From: Nemertoderma westbladi
Lineage: Eukaryota > Animalia > Xenacoelomorpha
DNA length: 64,000 bases
Reading direction: 5' to 3'
Assembly: GCA_032718475.1 (NCBI GenBank)
Contig: JAUCBJ010003790.1
Coordinates: forward strand, 108,028-172,027
The position numbers were made by a program, and so were the translations under genes. The stretch's first letter is position 1. Each line of letters begins with the position of its first letter. The notes under the pieces were generated by a model, which did no database searches, was not told the origin of the DNA, and worked only from the letters and a program-made list of their open reading frames with translations. Shown here piece by piece: positions 1-10,231 of this stretch.

Positions 1-3000
1 TTAATGGGAGATGGTACCGCAGTACCCCCTATTAATGGGAGATGGTACCGCAGTACCCCCTATTAATGGGAGATGGATGGTACCGCAGTACCCCCTATTA
101 ATGGGAGATGGTACCGCAGTACCCCCTATTAATGGGAGATGGTACCGCAGTACCCCGTATTAATGGGAGATGGTAACGCAGTACCCCCTATTAATGGGAG
201 ACGGTACCGCAGTACCCCGTATTAATGGGAGATGGTAACGCAGTACCCCCTATTAATGGGAGACGGTACCGCAGTACCCCCTATTAATGGGAGATGGTAC
301 CGCAGTACCCCCTATTAATGGGAGATGGATGGTACCGCAGTACCCCCTATTAATGGTACCCCAGTACCCCCTATTAATGGGAGATGGTACCCCAGTACCC
401 CCTATTAATGGGAGATGGTACCGCAGTACCCCCTATTAATGGGAGATGGATGGTACCGCAGTACCCCCTATTAATGGGAGATTGTACCGCAGTACCCCCT
501 ATTAATGGGAGATGGTACCGCAGTACCCCCTATTAATGGGAGATGGATGGTACCGCAGTACCCCCTATTAATGGTACCCCAGTACCCCCTATTAATGGGA
601 GATGGTACCCCAGTACCCCCTATTAATGGGAGATGGATGGTACCGCAGTACCCCCTATTAATGGTACCCCAGTACCCCCTATTAATGGGAGATGGTACCG
701 CAGTACCCCCTATTAATGGGAGATGGTACCGCAGTACCCCCTATCAATGGGAGATGGTACCGCAGTACCCCCTATTAATGGGAGATGGTACCGCAGTACC
801 CCCTATTAATGGGAGATGGATGGTACCGCAGTACCCCCTATTAATGGTACCCCAGTACCCCCTATTAATGGGAGATGGTACCGCAGTATCCCCTATTAAT
901 GGGAGATGGATGGTACCGCAGTACCCCCTATTAATGGTACCCCAGTACCCCCTATTAATGGGAGATGGTACCGCAGTATCCCCTATTAATGGGAGATGGT
1001 ACCCCAGTACCCCCTATTAATTGTGAGATGGAACCCCAGTACCCCCTATTAATGGGAGATGGTACCCCAGTACCCCCTATTAATGGGAGATGGTACCGCA
1101 GTACCCCCTATTAATGGGAGATGGTACCGCAGTACCCCCTATTAATGGTACCCCAGTACCCCCTATTAATGGGAGATGGTACCACAGTATCCCCTATTAA
1201 TGGGAGATGGTACCCCAGTACCCCTATTAATGGGAGATGGTACCGCAGTACCCCATATTAATGGGAGATGGTACCGCAGTACCCCCTATTAATGGGAGAT
1301 GGTACCGCAGTACCCCCTATTAATGGGAGATGGATGGTACCGCAGTACCCCCTATTAATGGGAGATGGTACCGCAGTACCCCCTATTAATGGGAGATGGT
1401 ACCGCAGTACCCCCTATTAATGGTACCCCAGTACCCCCTATTAATGGGAGATGGTACCGCAGTATCCCCTATTAATGGGAGATGGTACCCCAGTACCCCC
1501 TATTAATGGGAGATGGTACCGCAGTACCCCCTATTAATGGTACCCCAGTACCCCATATTAATGGGAGATGGTACCGCAGTATCCCCTATTAATGGGAGAT
1601 GGTACCCCAGTACCCCTATTAATGGGAGATGGTACCGCAGTACCCCATATTAATGGGAGATGGTACCGCAGTACCCCCTATTAATGGGAGATGGTACCGC
1701 AGTACCCCCTATTAATGGGAGATGGTACCGCAGTACCCCCTATTAATGGTACCCCAGTACCCCCTATTAATGGGAGATGGTACCGCAGTACCCCCTATTA
1801 ATGGGAGATGGTACCGCAGTACCCCCTATTAATGGGAGATGGTACCGCAGTATCCCCTATTAATGGGAGATGGTACCCCAGTACCCCCTATTAATGGGAG
1901 ATGGTACCGCAGTACCCCATATTAATGGGAGATGGTACCGCAGTACCCCCTATTAATGGGAGATGGTACCGCAGTACCCCCTATTAATGGGAGATGGTAC
2001 CGCAGTACCCCCTATTAATGGTACCCCAGTACCCCTATTAATGGGAGATGGAACCCCAGTACCCCCTATTAATGGGAGATGGTACCGCAGTACCCCCTAT
2101 TAATGGGAGATGGTACCGCAGTATCCCCTATTAATGGGAGATGGTACCGCAGTACCCCCTATTAATGGGAGATGGTACCCCAGTACCCCCTATTAATGGG
2201 AGATGGTACCCCAGTACCCCCTATTAATGGGAGATGGAACCCCAGTACCCCCTATTAATGGGAGATGGTACCCCAGTACCCCCTATTAATGGGAGATGGT
2301 ACCGCAGTACCCCCTATTAATGGGAGATGGAACCCCAGTACCCCCTATTAATGGGAGATGGTACCCCAGTACCACCTATTAATGGGAGATGGAACCCCAG
2401 TACCCCCTATTAATGGGAGACGGTACCGCAGTACCCCCTATTAATGGGAGATGGAACCCCAGTACCCCCTATTAATGGGAGATGGTACCGCAGTACCCCC
2501 TATTAATGGGAGATGGTACCCCAGTACCCCTATTAATGGGAGATGGTACCGCAGTACCCCCTATTAATGGGAGATGGTACCCCAGTACCCCTATTAATGG
2601 GAGATGGAACCCCAGTACCCCCTATTAATGGGAGATGGTACCGCAGTACCCCCTATTAATGGGAGATGGTACCGCAGTACCCCCTATTAATGGGAGATGG
2701 TACCGCAGTACCCCCTATTAATGGGAGATGGTACCCCAGTACCCCCTATTAATGGGAGATGGTACCGCAGTACCCCCTATTAATGGGAGAAGGTACCGCA
2801 GTACCCCCTATTAATGGGAGATGGTACCGCAGTACCCCCTATTAATGGGAGATGGTACCCCAGTACCCCCTATTAATGGGAGATGGTACCGCAGTACCCC
2901 CTATTAATGGGAGATGGTACCCCAGTACCCCCTATTAATGGGGGATGGTACCGCAGTACCCCCTATTAATGGGAGATGGTACCCCAGTACCCCCTATTAA

Positions 3001-4713
3001 TGGGAGATGGTACACCAGTACCCCCTATTAATGGGAGATGGTACCGCAGTACCCCCTATTAATGGGAGATGGTACCTATTAATGGGAGATGGAACCCCAG
3101 TACCCCCTATTAATGGGAGATGGTACCGCAGTACCCCCTATTAATGGGAGATGGTACCGCAGTACCCCCTATTAATGGGAGATGGTACCGCAGTACCCCC
3201 TATTAATGGGAGATGGTACCGCAGTACCCCCTATTAATGGGAGATGGTACCGCAGTACCCCCTATTAATGGGAGATGGTACCGCAGTACCCCCTATTAAT
3301 GGGAGATGGTACCGCAGTACCCCCTATTAATGGGAGATGGAACCCCAGTACCCCCTATTAATGGGAGATGGAACCCCAGTACCCCCTATTAATGGGAGAT
3401 GGTACCGCAGTACCCCCTATTAATGGGAGATGGTACCGCAGTACCCCCTATTAATGGGAGATGGTATCGCAGTACCCCCTATTAATGGGAGATGGTATCG
3501 CAGTACCCCCTATTAATGGGAGATGGTACCGCAGTACCCCCTATTAATGGGAGATGGTACCACAGTACCCCCTATTAATGGGAGACGGTACCGCGGTACC
3601 CCCTATTAATGGGAGATGGTACCCCAGTACCCCCTATTAATGGGAGATGGTACCCCAGTACCACCTATTAATGGGAGATGGAACCCCAGTACCCCCTATT
3701 AATGAGAGATGGTACCGCAGTACCCCCTATTAATGGGAGATGGTACAGCAGTACCCCCTATTAATGGGAGATGGTACCGCAGTACCCCCTATTAATGGGA
3801 GATGGTACCCCAGTACCCCCTATTAATGGGAGATGGTACCCCAGTACCCCCTATTAATGGGAGACAGTACCGCTGTACCCCCTATTAATGGGAGATGGTA
3901 CCGCAGTACCCCCTATTAATGAGAGATGGTACCGCAGTACCCCCTATTAATGGGAGATGGTACCCCAGTACCCCCTATTAATGGGAGATGGTACCCCAGT
4001 ACCCCCTATTAATGGGAGATGGAACCCCAGTACCCCCTATTAATGGGAGATGGTACCGCAGTACCCCCTATTAATGGGAGATGGTACCGCAGTACCCCCT
4101 ATTAATGGGAGATGGAACCCCAGTACCCCCTATTAATGGGAGATGGTACCCCAGTACCCCCTATTAATGGGAGATGGTACCGCAGTACCCCCTATTAATG
4201 GGAGAAGGTACCGCAGTACCCCCTATTAATGGGAGATGGTACCGCAGTACCCCCTATTAATGGGAGATGGTACCCCAGTACCCCCTATTAATGGGAGATG
4301 GTACCGCAGTACCCCCTATTAATGGGAGATGGTACCCCAGTACCCCCTATTAATAGGAGATGGTACCGCAGTACCCCCTATTAATGGGAGATGGTACCCC
4401 AGTACCCCCTATTAATGGGAGATGGTACACCAGTACCCCCTATTAATGGGAGATGGTACCGCAGTACCCCCTATTAATGGGAGATGGTACCTATTAATGG
4501 GAGATGGAACCCCAGTACCCCCTATTAATGGGAGATGGTACCGCAGTACCCCCTATTAATGGGAGATGGTACCGCAGTACCCCCTATTAATGGGAGATGG
4601 TACCGCAGTACCCCCTATTAATGGGAGATGGTACCGCAGTACCCCCTATTAATGGGAGATGGTACCGCAGTACCCCCTATTAATGGGAGATGGTACCGCA
4701 GTACCCCCTATTA
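1..4713. repeat. 31-bp tandem satellite, left arm (CUL3 intron 6)
   Basis: Unit ATTAATGGGAGATGGTACCGCAGTACCCCCT, about 150 copies, with recurring substitution, insertion and deletion variants. Confidence 0.98.
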
Positions 4714-5334
4714 GATTTTTTAGATTATCGCGCAAACGCGCGCAGCACCAGTCTAGCTGACATTTATTCAAACAGTAAAAACTTAAAAATCATCAAAACA
4801 TTAAAACCGCATTGAAAGTGAAGGTTAAAATGTACAGTAATAAAATGGTAGGTAAGTTACCGTTAAATGGGGTTACACAGCACGGCATTCTAAATGCACC
4901 CAAAACCAAAAAGCATCACGTCTTTTCACTACCCTAATTGTGAAGTGACATTAAAACCACAAATATCAGGATATATAATAGACCTCGTGTACTAAAATCC
5001 TGCTAGGTTTAAAATTAAACAATTGAATCAAACAAAATCAAACATAACACGATCAAAATCGAGAAATCTGCACTGGGTACTGGGTAGACTCCTACTAGAT
5101 TTACATTTAGAAACCCGAGAAATCTGCACTGGGTACTGGGTGGGTAGTCTCCTACCGCTAAAATGCACGACATACTGTATGGAACCCAAGATCGCGAAAA
5201 TACAGAGGGTAAATCTCCTTAGATCTAGAAACTGCACAAGTACAGTGTAATCTACTTGGTTTACATAACAAAATAGGCTACTAAGTGCGCGACATAATGC
5301 AACTTAAAATGGAAAATTCACAGGCTATCATATC

Positions 5335-8300
5335 TCATAATTCAAATATTCTGAAATATTCTTTTATGTGCTTATGCTTTGAACGAAAAGATACACCTGG
5401 TATTGAAAAAGTGTTTGAAATAAAATTAGCTGACATTTGAGAAACTGCTGAGACTTCTGGGGGAGATAGTCGTTCCTTAAGCGATTTATCGCAGTACTGA
5501 TAGTTGCACAGCGATTTAATCGAGGGAAGACTATGCTCTTGTATGGCATATCTTAACGTGCCCCCTAAGCCTTGATACGTCCCTGGATTTCCCAACGCGT
5601 TATTTTGAACACCCAACCTAAAAATCACTTGTAGATTGTAATTGGGAGTAGATAGACCTCGCAGTAGGGTCCCAAGACACGATCTATAGGCTCCCACAGA
5701 TAAACTATCTGTTCCAAACAGATGGTTTAGTGTTTCATTCGACACATACGGCCCCAAGTGAAGCAAACCTCTCAGCTTCTGGCGATAATATGCATCTAAC
5801 TTGGCTTTCTCAAATTTCTTCAGCGCACCAATCGAGTATTTGTGTCGGTATAAGAACGAGGATAAAGCAATTGATCTCCATAAAAGTGCCACTTTTTCCA
5901 CTGGATAGTGTTTGGTAGTCCAACCTTGCTTATGGAATCGATCAGCCAATATTGCCAGAGCCTGGATTGTATTAGCCAACACATTTACATTATTTTGCCA
6001 AGACCTTTGGATATTAACACCAAGGAAAGTTATCGACTGTGACATATCATGGTGTCGACCATTTAAAAACAGAGTTGGAGGCGGTTTATTCTCCGCTGTA
6101 TTCCAAGGAGATAGATATATCCAATTTATCTTCGAGTCTTCCAACCGCAGCCCTAGTTTGGTTATGTGTGTTTCTATACGAGTTGCCAACTTCTCCATAT
6201 CCCGTGGACAACTTGCCATCAGAAGGATGTCATCAGCATATCCAAGAGCACTAAACAACTCATTATATATTCGACAACCAATCTTACTTTGACCATTGCA
6301 TGAATAAATATTTGTAAACATCCCATTTGTGTAATAGTTAAACAGGGCTGGAGATAGAATGGACCCTTGTTTTATTCCATTAAGCATAGTGAAACCATTT
6401 TCCGATACAAGGCCATTTATGTTTATGAAAAGACGACTAAGCTGATAATAAACAACCAGAATTCTACAGATGTACGGATTGATGACATCGGACATCCTCT
6501 GAAACAATTTAATCTGGTCGACTCCGTCATATGCCGCCGAGATATCCAGCTGACAAACGTATACTCCAGATCCATGCCTGCGATAATGTTCTATACACTC
6601 AAGTACAGCACTGAGAATTACATCACTGCCAATTCCCGATTGATAAGCCAACTGCTGAGGACTGGGTTCCAGAAAAAGATACTCCCTAAGTAATACTCCT
6701 TCGAGTACCTTGCCAAATATGCTGATAGATGATATTGGACGGTATGACGATGGTGCACAAACATCCTTTTTCTTCCCTTTGTAGATACAGGTGACTACAG
6801 TCTCCCCAAAGAAATCAGGCAGGCATCCTAGAGATATGGACTCATTTAATAACTTTGTTACGTGGTAGCACACAACTTCTTTCTCCGAATATAAAAGGTG
6901 CTCTACAGTCATCATCTGCTTGTCTGGGGACTTATTTCTGTTGAGAAGTAAGATTGTCCGTTCAACCAACTTTTCAGAAATGACTGGTGCCTCAGTTTGA
7001 CTACAAGCTGAACTTAGCTTCTCAAGTAAACTATTTATATTTTTCGGTTGAGAACTGTCCTTTTGTAGCTGATTACATAAATAGTCGGTGAGAGGACCTC
7101 TCATGGATTCAGCCGTGGTATCTTTCCGTTTATTATTTACAAAATTCCAAAATCCACTTGGGTTGTGTCTGTAACTGCCAATTAAATGATCAATGCGCTT
7201 GGATAAGTGTTGCTTGGTGAGCCAGTTTTTAAGGTGCCTCGTTGCACGCTTGGAATCTTGAAACATCTGTCCAAAAGTGTCACCCGAATCTTTACCCCTT
7301 TCACACCAAATATTATATAACTTTTTAGATGTTTGGCATCTTTCCAGTAATTTTTTATTTCGCACCCTGATATTGTTCGACTTCTTTTTGTGCTGTTTCT
7401 TGGGTATATATTCATAGGCAGTATCATAAAATATTGCTTTCAGCGAATGACCGTACCAATCTATATCCCTCTTTGTCCACTTTCGATCAAAACAGGAAAC
7501 AATGTCCTTTAGCCTATTCAACTTGTGCTCGGTTTCTTGCATATACTTAGATAGCTTTTCCTTACTGCACTTTTCCCACGCAAAACGATGTATCCTTTGT
7601 ACATTTTTTGTTGAAATTTTTTCTTTTTCTTCACGTTTTACTTCTAGTTTAAAACAAACGAGGACTGGGACATGATCAGAATTATTGTGAACCTCATCCA
7701 TACCAAAAACGAAGCCTTGATGAATACTATTTGCTCCAGACCTAGATGTCACTATGTGATCGATGTATGATTTGTTGCGTCCATGAAAAGTTACAGTTGG
7801 ACCTTGAAAAGCTGAGAATGTGTCCACTGCATGAATATCTTGTTGCATTAAAAACTCATGAAATATTTTTCCCCTAGCTGATGCATGTTCTCGACCAAAA
7901 CGCAGTCCCTGCAGAGGCCCAACATCAGCGTTGAAGTCGCCAATTAGTATCGGGAGACTATTTGGGTACGACTTTAGGATGTTTGTCAGGCGACCTAAGA
8001 AGTCATAAAATTCACTAACTGGTTTACCAGCATCCGGAGCATATACATTCAGCACTAACAAATCCAAGTTACCCAAAGTAGCCTTGATACCTATGATGTC
8101 ATTGCTAGATTCGAGCGGCATAGTGTAGTCAAATAGGTTTTTCCTAATGAGCAAGCCGACTCCCCCACGAACTACTGCACAATGTTTAGTTTGATGGCCA
8201 GGAATATATAGGCATTCATAATTATTTTTAAAGCTTTCACGCCAAATTTTTTCACATTCCGTCCCATCCAACCATAGTTCTTGTATTCCACAAATATCTA

Positions 8301-8508
8301 CATTATGTTCATCCAACAATTTATCGACGTACATCATATTGCTAAGTGCTCCCCTTACATTAAAAGTCAGGCAGTTCAAATTAGTTTTGGTAACTACAGC
8401 AGAATTATTTTCTTTAAAATTGGTGCATTTTGCATCCAAGCCGGGGCCATTAGAATTGAGCGCTGTAGCACCATCCTGAGCACCAGATCCATCTTTATTG
8501 TTAAACAC
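5335..8508 (-). CDS. LINE ORF2: apurinic-like endonuclease plus reverse transcriptase
   Basis: APE motifs TFNVRG, GIQE, NVYAP, GDFNA, YIDHI, SDHVP. RT motifs KSPD, YRPIS, QLDISAAYD, GIKQGSILSPALF, YADD, FLGV. Uninterrupted 1057-codon frame; the track start codon is GTG. Confidence 0.95.
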   Translation of the reverse strand: MFNNKDGSGAQDGATALNSNGPGLDAKCTNFKENNSAVVTKTNLNCLTFNVRGALSNMMYVDKLLDEHNVDICGIQELWLDGTECEKIWRESFKNNYECLYIPGHQTKHCAVVRGGVGLLIRKNLFDYTMPLESSNDIIGIKATLGNLDLLVLNVYAPDAGKPVSEFYDFLGRLTNILKSYPNSLPILIGDFNADVGPLQGLRFGREHASARGKIFHEFLMQQDIHAVDTFSAFQGPTVTFHGRNKSYIDHIVTSRSGANSIHQGFVFGMDEVHNNSDHVPVLVCFKLEVKREEKEKISTKNVQRIHRFAWEKCSKEKLSKYMQETEHKLNRLKDIVSCFDRKWTKRDIDWYGHSLKAIFYDTAYEYIPKKQHKKKSNNIRVRNKKLLERCQTSKKLYNIWCERGKDSGDTFGQMFQDSKRATRHLKNWLTKQHLSKRIDHLIGSYRHNPSGFWNFVNNKRKDTTAESMRGPLTDYLCNQLQKDSSQPKNINSLLEKLSSACSQTEAPVISEKLVERTILLLNRNKSPDKQMMTVEHLLYSEKEVVCYHVTKLLNESISLGCLPDFFGETVVTCIYKGKKKDVCAPSSYRPISSISIFGKVLEGVLLREYLFLEPSPQQLAYQSGIGSDVILSAVLECIEHYRRHGSGVYVCQLDISAAYDGVDQIKLFQRMSDVINPYICRILVVYYQLSRLFININGLVSENGFTMLNGIKQGSILSPALFNYYTNGMFTNIYSCNGQSKIGCRIYNELFSALGYADDILLMASCPRDMEKLATRIETHITKLGLRLEDSKINWIYLSPWNTAENKPPPTLFLNGRHHDMSQSITFLGVNIQRSWQNNVNVLANTIQALAILADRFHKQGWTTKHYPVEKVALLWRSIALSSFLYRHKYSIGALKKFEKAKLDAYYRQKLRGLLHLGPYVSNETLNHLFGTDSLSVGAYRSCLGTLLRGLSTPNYNLQVIFRLGVQNNALGNPGTYQGLGGTLRYAIQEHSLPSIKSLCNYQYCDKSLKERLSPPEVSAVSQMSANFISNTFSIPGVSFRSKHKHIKEYFRIFEL

Positions 8509-10231
8509 GAATCCTCTTTCTTCTCCCTTCAGTTACCCTATAATGATATTGCTTGGGGCTGAAATCTCTTTCTACTGGATAAAGGCAGTTATCCAATTCT
8601 ACATACTCTGACAAGTCTCTCTCTTTAAAGTCCAATGGAGTATTATAAGCAGTTGCGCGTTCTTCCCATCTAACACAAGTGATACCATCTGGCCAGAAAG
8701 ATGGCTCCAAAAGATCTTGTTTACAGTTTCTCTCCATAATGAGCTTCATGTTTTTAATTCCATCAAAGATTCTTGTGGTTATACGGTGAATACGTGCCCC
8801 GCGATGTTCTACATAGGCGACAGTGTCTTCCTCTGTATGTTTGCAGTTGATACCATTTACAAAAAACACCTGTGATTCAAGTTGTTTTCTGCCATTATTT
8901 GAATTCCCCTTTTCTCTATGTGAGTCGTTTTCTTTTCTCTTAACATCATGTTTATCCATATCCCTACATGAAAAGTTGGTCTTTAAGTCTTTGTTCTTTG
9001 TTTCCATTTTATTATTCACTGTGACATTAATTGTGTTCAAATGTTGTTGTTTTGGAAGAGAGCTGGATTTTGTATTTGTAACACTTTCGGTCCTTTCAGT
9101 CTGTTTTATCTCTGGTAAAGTGTACCTGTTAGAGACTGGTATCTGAAATGCGCGACTTCCGTTTTGATTAATGAAGTTAACGCGTTTCCTTGTGCAATTC
9201 TTTGACTTGACTATGGTATATTCCGGTTCTTTCTTCCCAAAGGTATCAAGAACCTCATTATCTGTATCACCTATGGAATCAATCACTATGAAACAGTCAT
9301 CTTGGGATCCCTTGATTGATGCTTGACATACATTCTGAGCAATAGTTACACTTGTAATTGGTTTTTCTTTCATAGGCTGTGTCTGATTGTTATCTTTAGT
9401 ACTCTCAACTTGTTGTTCAGCATTCCCTTTGATCAATTTTGTTAATGTTTCCATCTGATACTGAAGGACGTTTCTCAGCCTTCTTTCATGCTCTAATTCT
9501 TCACGTAGAAAACCCACTTCTTGCTTTAATGATGTTATATGAGTCTCTGTCTGGCTGAGTCTACCTTGGAGTACGGCAGAGGAATTTATACATTCCTGAT
9601 GGACATCCTCCAGAGTTGTGGACCCATCACTGTTGAGCTCCTTCCTTTTAAGCCGGCGCTTGCAGCATTCTGTGAAATTGTTTGATTCTTTGCATTTGTA
9701 GATCTCATAAATATCAGTGACCAGCTCCTTTAGTGCCGCCCTGGATCGTAGCTGCAATGTGACAGAGTTTGTTGGGGACATTAAAGATTTTATGTCAGTA
9801 AAAAATTGACTTCTCAAAACATTACATTCTTCAGTTGTGTACGTTTTCATCATCTGTTTAATCGCAAATTGTCGCGGTTGTTGCATGATCTGATGAAAAA
9901 TTGATCCATCCGAAGTATTAATATGATTATTTTTCTGCTTATATCCAGGGTCTTCAGTGGAGTCAAAGGAACTTGTTTCCTGGTTTCCCAATGTATTTTG
10001 TAGTCGCTTAGTAGAAACCGAATCCATACTTAGACAGGAATTCTCCTTATTTTTATCGAAAGTATTTTGATATCTTTTTTCTCCTCGTTGTATCTGAGAA
10101 AAACTAAAGATACCTGCAGATTCAATTAGTTTGCATTCTGTCAGGCATTCAAGAATCCACTTGCGTGCTTTCGCACTATCAAACACCACATCTGGGAGAA
10201 CAACAGTATTTAAACCGCAGGCTAGAGCATA
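8501..10231 (-). CDS. LINE ORF1, C-terminal part: end of the protease fold, coiled coil, RRM-like region
   Basis: Same frame as 10232-12088; 14 sense codons link the TAA to the track start at 10189. Heptad region LSQTETHITSLKQEVGFLREEL, a VSNRY motif, and FFVNGI...TEEDT...FWPDGITCVRW, a pattern typical of CR1/L2-group ORF1. Confidence 0.75.
   Translation of the reverse strand, partial: YALACGLNTVVLPDVVFDSAKARKWILECLTECKLIESAGIFSFSQIQRGEKRYQNTFDKNKENSCLSMDSVSTKRLQNTLGNQETSSFDSTEDPGYKQKNNHINTSDGSIFHQIMQQPRQFAIKQMMKTYTTEECNVLRSQFFTDIKSLMSPTNSVTLQLRSRAALKELVTDIYEIYKCKESNNFTECCKRRLKRKELNSDGSTTLEDVHQECINSSAVLQGRLSQTETHITSLKQEVGFLREELEHERRLRNVLQYQMETLTKLIKGNAEQQVESTKDNNQTQPMKEKPITSVTIAQNVCQASIKGSQDDCFIVIDSIGDTDNEVLDTFGKKEPEYTIVKSKNCTRKRVNFINQNGSRAFQIPVSNRYTLPEIKQTERTESVTNTKSSSLPKQQHLNTINVTVNNKMETKNKDLKTNFSCRDMDKHDVKRKENDSHREKGNSNNGRKQLESQVFFVNGINCKHTEEDTVAYVEHRGARIHRITTRIFDGIKNMKLIMERNCKQDLLEPSFWPDGITCVRWEERATAYNTPLDFKERDLSEYVELDNCLYPVERDFSPKQYHYRVTEGRRKRIRV

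Noticed and set aside
505-1020. 171-aa ORF in the 31-bp satellite
   Set aside because: Chance open frame from repeat length variants; no unique sequence.
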